From positions 13,851 through 77,850 of the forward strand of contig CAWCRE010000007.1 in assembly GCA_963797845.1 (NCBI GenBank): a stretch of 64,000 nt of DNA, read 5' to 3'. Position numbers and translations under genes: made by a program. The first letter of the stretch is position 1. Each line of letters begins with the position of its first letter. Under the pieces are notes generated by a model. It ran no database searches. It was not told the DNA's origin and saw only the letters and a list, made by a program, of their open reading frames with translations. The DNA comes from Terriglobia bacterium. GTDB lineage: Bacteria > Acidobacteriota > Terriglobia > Terriglobales > Acidobacteriaceae. Shown here piece after piece: positions 26,657 to 36,925 of the stretch.

Positions 26657-28228
26657 TCACCGGGATGGAGAGTGCCGCAGCTTGAACCGTTGCAGCTTTC
26701 CGGTCGCAGTTTTGGGCAATTCTTGGAAGAACTCCACCCAGCGAGGGCGTTTGTAGACCGTCAACCGGCTGACTACGAATTCCTGCAGTTCTTTTGCTAA
26801 TTCTACGGAGCCTGCGCCCCCATCTTTCAGGACGACGCATGCCACCGGCTTGAGCAGTTGATCACGGTCCTCGCGACCGACTACAGCAACTTCCTGGACT
26901 GCGGAGTGTTCCATGAGCACACTCTCGATCTCCACCGGGCTGACCCACACTCCGCTGCACTTCAGCATGTCGTCGGAACGTCCGGCGTACCAGAAATATC
27001 CGTCTTCATCTTTGTAATATTTATCTCCCGTGCGGATCCAGTGCCCGACCAGGGTGTCCTTCGATTTTTCGTGCTGATTCCAATAAGCGGAACAAGTCGA
27101 GTCGGCTTTCACGATCAGATTGCCGATCTCGCCAGCGGGAACTTCTTCGTCGCTCTCGTTCACGATCCTGGCTTCATAACCTGGAATAATCTGTCCGCTG
27201 GATCCGGGTCGCGCGGCTCCGGGACGATTGGCGACGAACATATGCAGCACTTCGGTGGATCCGATCGCATCGAGAATTTCCACGCCAAACCGCTGGCGGA
27301 ATCGTTGAAAGATGACCGCAGGCAGAGATTCGCCGGCCGAAATTCCATGACGCACCGACGAGAGATCGAAATCGTTTTCTTGTTCTCTTACGTAGGACAG
27401 CAGGGACGCGTAGTTGGACGGCACTGAGAAAAACAAAGTTGGCCGGTGTCGCTCAATGGCCGCGAACACGTCGTGAGGATAGGGCTTGCCGGGCAGGAGG
27501 ATGCTGGTGGCTCCGACGGAAAGCGGAAAGTAGAGGCCGTTGCCGAGGCCGTAGGCGAAGAACAGCTTGGCTACGCTGAAGCAGCGATCGTGCTCGGTGA
27601 TTCCGAGAATCCCTTTCGCATATCGTTCCGCGGCGACGACCATGTCGTGCTGCAAGTGAACGCATGCTTTGGGAAATCCGGTAGAGCCGGAGGAGAAGAG
27701 CCAAAACGCGGCGTCGTCCTTGCTGGTGGGCTCCGGATCGAGTTCGGAAGCACTCTCGCCCATCAGAGTTTGAAACGAGAGAGTGCTTGCGGGTGCGCTT
27801 CCCACAACGACTACGTGCTCGAGGTAGCGCAAGCGATCACGCGGGATCTCCGCAAGCATGGAATACAGCACTTCGCTGACGATCGCCACGCGGGCGCGAG
27901 TCGTGTTGAGCAGATACTCGTAGTCCGCAGGCTTGAGCAACGTGTTGAGCGGAACCGCGACGGCGCCGATTTTAATCGCCCCGAAGAAAGTCATGGCGAA
28001 CTCGGGAGTGTCGTGGAGCAGCAGCGCGACTCGTTCCTCAATGCGTACCCCAAGGCGGCGAAGAAAATTTCCGACCTGGTTCACTCCTGCAAGCAGGTCA
28101 GCGTAGGTGATCTCTCGATCGCCGCATTCGATGGCAATTTTGTTGGCACGCTCCGGCAGATGGCGATCAACGAAATACGCGGCAGCGTTGAAGATCTCGG
28201 GCAATGCAATGGGCTTGCCCGGGTTCAT
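26657..28228 (-). CDS. AMP-dependent aryl-CoA ligase (benzoate/4-hydroxybenzoate-CoA ligase-like)
   Basis: AMP-binding motif FWLFSSGSTGFPKACVH, then GYEARIVNE, WIRTGDKYYKDEDGYFWYAGRSDDMLK, and C-terminal LPKTATGKLQR. Confidence 0.85.
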   Translation of the reverse strand: MNPGKPIALPEIFNAAAYFVDRHLPERANKIAIECGDREITYADLLAGVNQVGNFLRRLGVRIEERVALLLHDTPEFAMTFFGAIKIGAVAVPLNTLLKPADYEYLLNTTRARVAIVSEVLYSMLAEIPRDRLRYLEHVVVVGSAPASTLSFQTLMGESASELDPEPTSKDDAAFWLFSSGSTGFPKACVHLQHDMVVAAERYAKGILGITEHDRCFSVAKLFFAYGLGNGLYFPLSVGATSILLPGKPYPHDVFAAIERHRPTLFFSVPSNYASLLSYVREQENDFDLSSVRHGISAGESLPAVIFQRFRQRFGVEILDAIGSTEVLHMFVANRPGAARPGSSGQIIPGYEARIVNESDEEVPAGEIGNLIVKADSTCSAYWNQHEKSKDTLVGHWIRTGDKYYKDEDGYFWYAGRSDDMLKCSGVWVSPVEIESVLMEHSAVQEVAVVGREDRDQLLKPVACVVLKDGGAGSVELAKELQEFVVSRLTVYKRPRWVEFFQELPKTATGKLQRFKLRHSPSR

Positions 28229-28602
28229 TTCGATGCGATACGTTGTTTGCGGACTGCGTGAAGGATCACGGCGCCACTGATGCCAAAGACACCGACCGCG
28301 CCCAGGGCCATGATCTGGGCCACTTCGGGGCCAAGATGCAGGAAGTCGGCGAAGGCCGCGCCCAAAGCCAGAGCGATTCCGATAATGGTCAGCCAGGTGG
28401 GGGGATGAATGTCGCCGCTACCTCCACGGGCGCGTAGTTGCAGCAGCACTGCCGCCAGCCCAATGGCAGCGACCACGACCACAGCAAGAGGACTGAAAAA
28501 AGCGTACCGGTTGGTATAGATCACCACCAACGCGAGCGCGCAACAGAGCAGACCGGAACCGATTACTGTCCAGCGGCGAGAGAGTGGCGCAGAGTCCGTC
28601 AT
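28225..28602 (-). CDS. 4-TM membrane protein, unknown function
   Basis: MTDSAPLSRRWTVIGSGLLCCALALVVIY...; its stop overlaps the ligase start by 4 nt. Confidence 0.55.
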   Translation of the reverse strand: MTDSAPLSRRWTVIGSGLLCCALALVVIYTNRYAFFSPLAVVVVAAIGLAAVLLQLRARGGSGDIHPPTWLTIIGIALALGAAFADFLHLGPEVAQIMALGAVGVFGISGAVILHAVRKQRIASK

Positions 28603-28662
28603 GCGGTTTAAGCGAAGCAAAATCTTACTCGTTTTCCGGAATTCCGCAACCTTGCGCCAATG

Positions 28663-28689
28663 AAAAAGCCCGCTTCCCAGGAAGCGGGC
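28663..28689 (-). terminator. rho-independent terminator after the secreted-protein gene
   Basis: On the minus strand: gcccgcttc ctgg gaagcgggc followed by ttttt. Confidence 0.65.
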
Positions 28690-28708
28690 CGAGAAAGGGT
28701 AACGGAGT

Positions 28709-29830
28709 CTATTGTCCGAACTGACAGACGCTGGTAATCGGGTAGTTCTGGAATGACCACCAATCGTTGACCGAGGTGGAAGGCGTCTGGCCAAAGTATT
28801 TCAGGAATATGAGGTCCTGAATGTGGTAGTCGTAGCCGCTTACGGTTTGGATGAAATCACCGTAAGCTGCAGTGTTTTCGAGCGGGTCCCCGTTTTCAAG
28901 AATGCCGCCACAAGCTCCCTGAGTGTTGTTGATGTAGGGATCATCCATCCATTCGCCGACTTCGTGCGAGAGCGCTGAAACGTCGGAGGAGAAAACCTGG
29001 TTGGTGGTGGACTGGTCCATGAAAGCGAAGTGGGCGTAGGTCTGCGGAGTGGAAGCGCTGCCGTAGGCGTAGTGATATCCGCCGATGCAGCAGCCACCGA
29101 AGTTCGTGGTTTGCGACAGATACGTGTTGTAGGTGACAAAGATCGGCAGAGCCGAAGGAGTGATAGTGGGGTTGGCGGCGATCCAGTTCGGAACCTGCTG
29201 CATGAACCAACTGATGCTGATGATACCCAGCAACTCCGGCGGGCCGAACGCCGACTTGCCGACGGTGCCCTGACTGGCAGGTACGTTCACGGTGATGGTG
29301 GGTGCGATGGTCGGTTTCCCGAGAACCACGTGATAGTTGGTGTTGGTCATCACGTCGGTCCAGAAGTTTCCGCGCTGGTACGCATCAATGTACTGGGTTT
29401 GGCCCAGGTCGGTGCCGCCCTGCACCCAGTCCACATTGCTTTGGAACATAGGGGACGATGTCGTTTGCTGGAGAACGGTTTTCCCGCTCGGCAGCTTGTG
29501 TGCAGGATCGAACGTCTTCGTAGTCGTTCCCTTAGTGAACACAACTTTCAGTGGAATGATGAACACAGGAATGGTGGTCTTCACGTTAGTCGATGAAGGA
29601 TCGGTGCCCACCATCGTGAAAGCGTTCTTCTTGTTCTGATAGGTGAAGGTGCCGTTCCATGTCTGCAATGCCGTGGCTGCGGCGGCACTGTTATCGAAGG
29701 TTGGGATGGGGTGCGCAAACATGGGGCGTTGCGTCTGCTGAGTATCCTGGGCCATGGCAGAGGTGATTGTGAGGGCAAGCAGAAGGCTGAAGGCACACAC
29801 GTATCTCTTCCGCAAAATCGAACTAACCAT
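28709..29830 (-). CDS. secreted protein of unknown function
   Basis: Signal peptide MVSSILRKRYVCAFSLLLALTITSAMA. The mature region is Thr/Asn/Gln-rich with GGCCIGGYHYAYG and SHEVGEWMDDP segments. I recognise no family. Confidence 0.7.
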   Translation of the reverse strand: MVSSILRKRYVCAFSLLLALTITSAMAQDTQQTQRPMFAHPIPTFDNSAAAATALQTWNGTFTYQNKKNAFTMVGTDPSSTNVKTTIPVFIIPLKVVFTKGTTTKTFDPAHKLPSGKTVLQQTTSSPMFQSNVDWVQGGTDLGQTQYIDAYQRGNFWTDVMTNTNYHVVLGKPTIAPTITVNVPASQGTVGKSAFGPPELLGIISISWFMQQVPNWIAANPTITPSALPIFVTYNTYLSQTTNFGGCCIGGYHYAYGSASTPQTYAHFAFMDQSTTNQVFSSDVSALSHEVGEWMDDPYINNTQGACGGILENGDPLENTAAYGDFIQTVSGYDYHIQDLIFLKYFGQTPSTSVNDWWSFQNYPITSVCQFGQ

Positions 29831-30023
29831 AGATTTTCCTCATTTCGATCGGGGTGCGAAGTGTGTTGTTTCGATCGGATGAATCGCGAGGATGCTGGCC
29901 TGATACGCGATTACATAACAGAGCGACAGTCTGTGTTGTAAAGCGCAGTATCGCACTCCGCGCATCTGATCCGGCAGCTAGGACGTGCGTGGAGAAAAAT
30001 CTACTAACAGCAGAGGCGACTAT

Positions 30024-30425
30024 CTACGCCGAAGTCGTAGGTGGCACAGCTGGACGATCGGCTGATGGCCCGAGGAGTTGGTCAATTACCTGGAGCAATT
30101 CCGTGGGTTCAATCTCAGCTTTAACCAGCCACACGTCTGCCTTGCCGAGCGCTTCATCGGGCAGGGGGCGAAAGGCGGAGAAGATGACGACAGGAATCAA
30201 AGGACGAAGACGCTTCATTTCTGAAGCGACTGCCGTGCCTTTCAGATCGCCCATCCAGTAATCGATGATCACAGCATCGACTGCTTGGGAACGAAATACC
30301 TGAAGACCTTCCTTGCCGGAATGAGCGGTGAGGACACGGTGACCTGCCGTTTCGAGCAGCATCTTCCGCAACATGAGCTGCTCTTTCTCGTCGTCGATGA
30401 TCAGGACTGTCGCGTTCCGGGCCAT
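30024..30425 (-). CDS. single-domain response regulator (CheY-like)
   Basis: VLIIDDEKE, phospho-acceptor VDAVIIDYWM, VVIFSAF and VWLVKAE are all present. The tail is Pro/Ala-rich. Confidence 0.85.
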   Translation of the reverse strand: MARNATVLIIDDEKEQLMLRKMLLETAGHRVLTAHSGKEGLQVFRSQAVDAVIIDYWMGDLKGTAVASEMKRLRPLIPVVIFSAFRPLPDEALGKADVWLVKAEIEPTELLQVIDQLLGPSADRPAVPPTTSA

Positions 30426-30516
30426 TTTCCCTATTGTAGCGGTTTGCGATCAAGTCGGGGCGGAGAAGCGCGGGCCTGCTTACGATTTCGCTCTGCTGGA
30501 AAGAGAAAGCCCGCAC

Positions 30517-31944
30517 TCATTTCCGAGTTTCAGATCTTAATTCAGACAAGAAGGTCTTGTATTCAGGATCGTTCTGCAGATTCTGCAGATTGCGGTTCTG
30601 TTGATACGCCTCGGGGTTGTTTAAGCCCAGTTTCGCCGTCTGCCGCAGACGGGAAATTGCCTGCTTGCGGTTTCCCCGGGCCGCGCTGGTTTCTGCCAGC
30701 AGAAGCACCGGCCAGATTTCTTCGGGAGACACATCGGAAACGATCTGGAAATAAAATTCCGCGAGATCATAATGCTTCTGTTCGAACTGGGCCTGCCCGC
30801 TCTCGATATAACTCGCCTGCACGGAACTGAACGCACGCACCAGTGGCAGGCGCTTGTCATCAGATTTCGCGCGGGCGGCATCGTGCTTCAGTCGCACCAT
30901 TTGGTCCACGACGAGACTGCGCAGTTGGTCCCGGTCTTCTGAAGAAGAGGTCTCGAGCTGGCCCAGTTCGCTGAAAAGCACGGAAGAGGAGGCTTGCTGC
31001 GAGTTGATGGCAGAGTCTTCCTGCTTGAGCGCGCGACTGAGCGCGGGTGAGACCTTCAGATCCGTAAGTTTCTGGCGAAAACTGGAAACCTCTTTCAGCC
31101 CTTCGAAATCGGACACCAGCGATTGCAAAGCGCCGAGCTGAGCAAGCGTTTCCCCGCGATCGACAGCATCGCTGAGAGCAGCTTGTGTCTTCGTGAATTG
31201 AGTGTCGATGAACTCGTTATTCCTGGGTTGCACGCCGGACTGCATAGACTTTAGTTGTATCCAGACCACTGCATCTTCGAAAACTGATGTGGGAGCCCAT
31301 TGATGTGGCCCATGAAAGACTTCTGCGCGATAGGGTAGTCCGGACTGCTCTCTCGCACGACGGACCTGCACGACTTCAGGCCAGTTGAAATCCTCATCGC
31401 CGACAGCAAGGAAATAAATCGGAGAGTTCTTGGCCGTAGGCTGTTCGCCGAGTGGATAACCGGCGCCGTGAGCAATCACACCGGCGATGCGGCATGGGGC
31501 GCAGCGAAACGCAATGATGCCGGCCATCCTAGCTCCACCCGAAAATCCAGTGGTGTAGGCGCGCCGGGAATCGAGCGCAAGACGCAGGTGGGTATCGTCC
31601 CAAATTGCCGAGGCGGCTTTAGACGATTCCTGCAGGGAGAAATTTCTGGAATTATTGGAACCCGCGAGAATAAATTCGTATTTTTCGGCGATATCTTTGT
31701 ACCGCCGTACCGGGACCACTCCGCGAGCCAAGGGGTCGAAAGCATAAATAATCGGCCAGGGACGATCGGGAGTGTAATTCAAAGGAAGATACAAGGCATA
31801 GGTCTCGGCGGGATCATCGACGCTTGCGACGCTCTCAATGACTTGCCCGCGGGGCAGCGGCGGGGCAGGCGAAACAGCCACGGCCTGCGCGAACGAGGAA
31901 GAAGCCAGCAGCAGGAGGAAGATGGGCGTGAGCAGAGCGCGCAT
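30517..31944 (-). CDS. secreted alpha/beta-hydrolase (esterase-like) with a C-terminal TPR-like region
   Basis: Signal peptide MRALLTPIFLLLLASSSFAQA; nucleophile elbow GFSGGA; the helical C-terminal half ends ...ETSAARGNRKQAISRLRQTAKLGLNNPEAYQQNRNL. Confidence 0.7.
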   Translation of the reverse strand: MRALLTPIFLLLLASSSFAQAVAVSPAPPLPRGQVIESVASVDDPAETYALYLPLNYTPDRPWPIIYAFDPLARGVVPVRRYKDIAEKYEFILAGSNNSRNFSLQESSKAASAIWDDTHLRLALDSRRAYTTGFSGGARMAGIIAFRCAPCRIAGVIAHGAGYPLGEQPTAKNSPIYFLAVGDEDFNWPEVVQVRRAREQSGLPYRAEVFHGPHQWAPTSVFEDAVVWIQLKSMQSGVQPRNNEFIDTQFTKTQAALSDAVDRGETLAQLGALQSLVSDFEGLKEVSSFRQKLTDLKVSPALSRALKQEDSAINSQQASSSVLFSELGQLETSSSEDRDQLRSLVVDQMVRLKHDAARAKSDDKRLPLVRAFSSVQASYIESGQAQFEQKHYDLAEFYFQIVSDVSPEEIWPVLLLAETSAARGNRKQAISRLRQTAKLGLNNPEAYQQNRNLQNLQNDPEYKTFLSELRSETRK

Positions 31945-32068
31945 GGGACTGGGACAATCTTACGGCCATCCGAAATAAAGCTGGCGCGGAATGTCTTCGG
32001 TTGCACGGTGGCGGGACGAACGGCAGTGGGAGCGATACCGGACGAAGCATCGCGAGCGGATCGTCCGC

Positions 32069-32473
32069 TCATTTTGCCGGCGTGCGCTCTACGATTTTTG
32101 ACTTCATTTCTTTTCCGTCTGGGGTACGGATGATCAGCTTGTTGCCATCGACTCGCGCCGGGATGCTGTCGCCGGCGCCGTAATCGGAGATCTTGAAGTG
32201 CTGCGTGACAGGGAAAACGGCGCTGTATTTCGCGTGTTCAATCTCAACCGTCAGATAGCAGCGAAATACCATGGCGGGAACATCTTTGGCGTAAGGTCCA
32301 ACGGTACTGGTGTTGCTCACTTCTGCCGTTCCGACCTGGGTAGCGTCGCGGAGTTCAACGACAGTTGCGTCCTTGAAGTCGGCCGCGAAGCTCAGGGTCG
32401 AAAGAAGGAAGATGAATAAGAGTCTTTTCACGCTGAAGATATTAAGAGGAGTTGGTGGAATTCGCATGATCAT
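32069..32473 (-). CDS. small secreted protein, unknown function
   Basis: Signal peptide KRLLFIFLLSTLSFAADF; the mature part looks beta-rich. Confidence 0.55.
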   Translation of the reverse strand: MIMRIPPTPLNIFSVKRLLFIFLLSTLSFAADFKDATVVELRDATQVGTAEVSNTSTVGPYAKDVPAMVFRCYLTVEIEHAKYSAVFPVTQHFKISDYGAGDSIPARVDGNKLIIRTPDGKEMKSKIVERTPAK

Positions 32474-32762
32474 TTACGAAACTTTACAGCGCTACGAGGA
32501 TGACACAAAGTGCCACTCGCGAGGCATAGCAGGCGCGAAAGTTTCTCATGCAGGCATGGAAGTGCAAGGTTTTTCCCACGGGAAGAAGCGTAAATGCTTG
32601 TGAACGCAATCAGGGAGTTGGCGCGAAAAATGCATTGAGAAGTTGTTCAGCATGCTCTTCAGCATAGGTTACGGAAGTAACCCATTGCTGCAAATCTCCC
32701 CCGGTAGGCAGTGGTTCCGCAGGCAAAGACAGCGAAGAGGAAAGAACTTCTTGGGGGCGCGT

Positions 32763-33512
32763 ATGGGATGCAGACGTCAATCACGCACAGCGACAACTTT
32801 AAGAGTGAATCTTTGTGGAACCGATGCAAAGGGTCGCGCGTTCATCGAACGGGTGAACACCGCAAACATCTCGCGGGATGGGGCATCCGTCGAAGGGGTG
32901 AAATGCAATTTGCAACCCGGCGATATCGTGGTTCTTCGTTGTGAAGATAACACCGGCCGGTTCCGCGTAGTGTGGGAGCACGCGACACCCGAGCAAGGCA
33001 AGAAGATGGGACTGTCGCGAATTGCGAGCGCCAGCTATAGCGAGGAAGCGGTGGGAGTTCTCGAAGAGTTGGACGAGTTCAAACGGCCGCGGGTGCGAGC
33101 TCGCCGCAAAGCCCAGCGCTATGAATGCGAAGTCGCGGCGGAATTGCACGTCAAGAACATCAAGATTCCGATGTGGGTCACCACCATGAACCTGGGCGAA
33201 GGCGGTTGCGGCGTGCAGACCGTGGTTTCCGTTCCGGAGAACACGGAAGTCAACGCGGCCTTCTGGCTGGAAGATGCAAAGATCTGGGTGCCGGGCGTCG
33301 TGGTCAGTAGCCTCTACGGGTTGGGCACGGGAATCCGCTTCACGGGTCTGTCGAAAGCGGCACGTGAGCAGTTGCAGGAATTTCTCAACCGCAAGGGGGT
33401 TGTACCCGCCGATCGCCGGCAATCCCCCGAATCCTCAGAAGAACAACGAAGCGTGGACAATGACGACAATATCCTGGAACTGATTTTGCCCCAAAGTCCC
33501 TTATATCGATAG
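32763..33512 (+). CDS. tandem PilZ-domain protein
   Basis: Domain 1 has RRQSR and NISRDGASV. Domain 2 has RKAQR and NLGEGGCGV. ATG 32763 is preferred over the track start. Confidence 0.7.
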   Translation: MGCRRQSRTATTLRVNLCGTDAKGRAFIERVNTANISRDGASVEGVKCNLQPGDIVVLRCEDNTGRFRVVWEHATPEQGKKMGLSRIASASYSEEAVGVLEELDEFKRPRVRARRKAQRYECEVAAELHVKNIKIPMWVTTMNLGEGGCGVQTVVSVPENTEVNAAFWLEDAKIWVPGVVVSSLYGLGTGIRFTGLSKAAREQLQEFLNRKGVVPADRRQSPESSEEQRSVDNDDNILELILPQSPLYR

Positions 33513-33762
33513 ACGAAGCTGGGCGCTGGTTGGTCTGATCCCACGATCTACGTCCCTGTCCGCCGTGCGCTTGCATCGCTTTGGCGTCATTCATGTATGT
33601 CCCGCCGGTATTCCCGTCAATTGGAAGCGGCTCGCGGAACATCTCAAGATCCTGCAATAACTTAGCATTGTGACGCACGTCACAATTGCTTGTGCTAAGG
33701 GTCACGGCTGGAAACCCCTTAGGGACTGACACTGACTGTAGAGGAAAGCAGGAGGTGCGGTC

Positions 33763-34230
33763 ATGATGCTCGCCTACCGACTCGTTCGCCTGATCGAGAC
33801 TCATTCCGACGCGCTGGCGGCAGGGTTGCTGCATCGTGTGCAGAATTCTGAGTTTACCCGTGCCTACCACAACGTTCCCCCCGAAGAGTTGAAGCAACGG
33901 GTTTCCGAGATCTACCGGCACCTGGGCGATTGGCTGCTGGGTAAGAGCGCGTTTGACATCGAGGCGCGTTACGTCGAAATCGGCGCCCGGCGCGCCCATC
34001 AGAAAGTGCCATCCAGCCAGGTGACCATGACCATCATCCTGACCAAGGAAAATTTGTGGGACTACTTGAAGCAAGCGTCGGCGCTGGAGCGCCCGGCCGA
34101 GGTTTTTGGGGAACTTGAGTTCTTGCAATTGCTGGAACAGTTTTTTGATCGGGCGATTTACTACGCGGCAGTAGGATATGAGCGAGCGACGGCGGATGCT
34201 GCACTTCCAGCCGTAGCGAGTCAGAAATAA
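33763..34230 (+). CDS. all-helical protein, unknown function
   Basis: Strong AGGAGG RBS. Translation is MMLAYRLVRLIETHSDALAAGLLHRVQNSEF... It lies 9 nt upstream of the CoA-transferase gene. Confidence 0.6.
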   Translation: MMLAYRLVRLIETHSDALAAGLLHRVQNSEFTRAYHNVPPEELKQRVSEIYRHLGDWLLGKSAFDIEARYVEIGARRAHQKVPSSQVTMTIILTKENLWDYLKQASALERPAEVFGELEFLQLLEQFFDRAIYYAAVGYERATADAALPAVASQK

Positions 34231-34239
34231 GTTTCGGAG

Positions 34240-35576
34240 ATGATGCAGATGTCGTGGGAAACGGAATACAAAAAGAAGCTAAGAACACCGGAAGAGGGGT
34301 TGCGCTGCGTACAGTCGGGCATGAGGGTCTATATCCAGCCCGGCTGCGCTGAGCCGGAGACACTGGTGGAGGCGCTCATGAAGCGCGCTCCGTTCGTGCA
34401 TGACGTAGAGATCGTGCACATGATGACCATGGGCGCTGCCCCGTACGTCGCGCCCGAAATGGCCGGGCACTTTCGCCACAATGCCGTATTCATCGGCGCC
34501 AATGTGCGGGACGCAATCAATGACGGCCGCGCCGACTATACCCCGGTGTACCTCAGCGAGATCGAGGAGTTGTTTGAGAGTGCGATGCCGCTCGACGTGG
34601 CATTGATCGAAGTGTCTCCACCGGATGCGCACGGCTTTTGCAGCTTCGGCGTGGGCGTGGATACGACCCTGACTGCGGCGCGCCTGGCTCACTTCGTTGT
34701 CGCGCAAGTGAACGATCAGATGCCGCGAACCTACGGCGACAGTTTTGTTCATGTCTCCGAACTGGATGCGATCGTGGAGTCTTCTCGTCCCCTTTGTGCG
34801 TTGAAGAAGCCGAGATCACGGACCTGCACGTAGCGATCGCGCGGAACGTGGCGAACCTGATCGAAGATGGCGCGGTTCTGCAGACCGGGATCGGGGGCAT
34901 TCCGGATGCCGTGCTCCCGTTCTTAGCCGATCGCAAGGACCTTGGCGTGCACAGCGAACTGGTTTCCGATGGCGTGATGCCGTTGATCGAAGCAGGAGTG
35001 ATCACGGGGGCGAGAAAGAATTTCAAGCCCCGCAAAATCATCCTTGGATTCGCCCTGGGGACCAAGCGTCTGTTTGATTTCGTGGACGACAATCCGATAT
35101 TCGAATTCCATCCCACCGCTTACACCAACGATCCTGCGCTGATCGCACGGAACGACAACATGGTGGCAATCAATTCCGCATTGCAGATCGATTTGACCGG
35201 ACAAGTCTGCTCTGACTCGATTGGCAACCAGTTCTACAGCGGCATTGGCGGGCAAGTGGATTTCTTGCGCGGCGCTTCGCGCTCAAAGGGTGGCAAGCCC
35301 ATCATCGCCATCTCGTCCACTGCAAAGGACGGGGCCATTTCGCGCATCGTTCCCATGTTGAGTCCTGGTGCGGGAGTGGTGACCTCGCGCGGCCTGATTC
35401 GCTATGTAGTGACGGAGTACGGAGTCGCGTACCTGCATGGCAAGTCGATTCGCGAGCGGGCGAAAGCACTGATTGATATATCGCATCCGAAATTCCGTGA
35501 AGAGCTTTACGAGTACTGCGAGAAAACCAAGTGGTTGCAGCGTCCGGTAGGAACACAAGCTCAACTGGCGAGGTGA
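34240..35576 (+). pseudogene. acetyl-CoA hydrolase/transferase family (4-hydroxybutyrate CoA-transferase-like), one frameshift near 34790
   Basis: ...GCAEPETLVEALMKRA...ADYTPVYLSEIEELF...SFGVGVDTTL...VHVSELDAIVESS / ...ITDLHVAIARNVANLIEDGAVLQTGIGGIPDAVL...GVHSELVSDG...NSALQIDLTGQVCSDSIGNQFYSGIGGQVDFLRGA. Confidence 0.85.
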
Positions 35577-35578
35577 TT

Positions 35579-35860
35579 ATGACGGGGCAAGCGCGCGGCA
35601 AAGTGACGATCGATGCGAACGAGTGCAAGGGGTGCGGGTTGTGCGTTGAATCGTGTCCCCCAAAATGCCTCGAACTGCTTCCGGGATTGAATTCCTACGG
35701 CGTGCATCCCGCGCGATACATGGGGCACGACTGCACCGGTTGCGGAATTTGTTTCTACTGCTGTCCCGAGCCGGGCGCGATCACCGTATACCGGGCCAAG
35801 CGCGCCTTGAAGCTGGTCGATAAGGCAGCGGAAGGAGATCAAAATGCGCCAGCTCTGTAA
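35579..35860 (+). CDS. 2-oxoacid:ferredoxin oxidoreductase delta subunit (2x[4Fe-4S] ferredoxin)
   Basis: [12 protein letters not shown] and [12 protein letters not shown] cluster motifs. Confidence 0.8.
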   Translation: MTGQARGKVTIDANECKGCGLCVESCPPKCLELLPGLNSYGVHPARYMGHDCTGCGICFYCCPEPGAITVYRAKRALKLVDKAAEGDQNAPAL

Positions 35861-36892
35861 AGGAAATGTGGCTGTGGTCAAAGGCGCAATTGTTGCCGGC
35901 TGCAAGGCGTATTACGGGTATCCGATTACTCCAGCCAGCGAGATCGCCGAGTCTGCGGCTTTGTACATTCCGCAGGTCGGTGGAACTTTTCTCCAGGCGG
36001 AGAGCGAAGTCGCCGCCATCAACATGGTGTACGGCGCTGCTGCGGCCGGGGCCCGCGTCATGACCGCATCCTCTGGCCCCGGCCTCAGCTTAATGCAGGA
36101 AGGCATCTCGTATCTGGCTGGTTCCGAATTGCCGTGCGTGATCGTCGATGTGGTTCGGGGTGGCCCTGGTTTGGGGAATATCGCTCCGGAGCAAAGCGAC
36201 TACTTTGCGGTCGTCAAGGGCGGAGGTCACGGAAATTATCGCAATATCGTGCTCGCGCCAGCCTCGGTGCAGGAGATGGCGGACCTCACCATCCTGGCCT
36301 TCGAACTCGCGGACAGGTATCGGAATCCCGCGGTGGTCATGGCGGACGGTTTCATCGGGCAAATGATGGAACCGTTGGACCTGGAGTACCGCGAAATCGT
36401 TCTGCCTGAAAAGCTCTGGGCGGTGAAGGGAACTGCGGAGACGCGCGCCAACCTGATCAGCTCCATCTATCTTGAGCCGGATCAACTCGAAGAGCACCAG
36501 CGACGGTTGGAGGCGAAATACATTCGCGCGCGGGTCGAAGCGCGTCACGAAACTTACAAAGCCGAAGACGCGGAGATTTTGCTGGTCGGTTATGGCATCG
36601 TCTCGCGGGTGTTGCGCTCGGCGGTGACAATTACTGCGCAAGAGGGATGCAAAGCGGGACTGTTCCGTCCCATCACCCTGTGGCCATTCCCCTCGCAAGA
36701 GTTGGTGAAAGCGACCAAGCGGGCGCAGAAGGTCTTAGTCGTCGAGTTGAGCAATGGGCAAATGCTCGAAGACGTTCGCCTTGCCGTCAACGGAAAGCTT
36801 CCCGTGGAGTTTTATGGCCGCGTGGAGGAAACGTTCCTTCGGTGGAAGAGCTACAAGAGCAAATCCTGGAGCGAATGGTTGCGCTGGTGTGA
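35844..36892 (+). pseudogene. 2-oxoacid:ferredoxin oxidoreductase alpha subunit, one frameshift near 36823
   Basis: [28 protein letters not shown]...[38 protein letters not shown]... The C-terminus continues in another frame as [22 protein letters not shown]. The shift sits at a g-run (cgcgtggagg). Confidence 0.85.
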
Positions 36893-36925
36893 GGACGAAG
36901 ATCGGCGAGAGTCAAGGGGCACAAT

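Noticed and set aside
29851-29900. Direct repeat tttcgatcgg occurring twice 31 nt apart, upstream of the secreted-protein gene
   Set aside because: It is only 10 nt with two copies and no palindromic character. That is within chance expectation for a 64-kb window, so I am not reporting it as an operator.
33385-34128. 247-aa minus-strand ORF
   Set aside because: It lies opposite the plus-strand gene 33763-34230, which has a strong AGGAGG RBS and protein-like sequence, and opposite the PilZ gene 3' end. Its composition is shadow-like.
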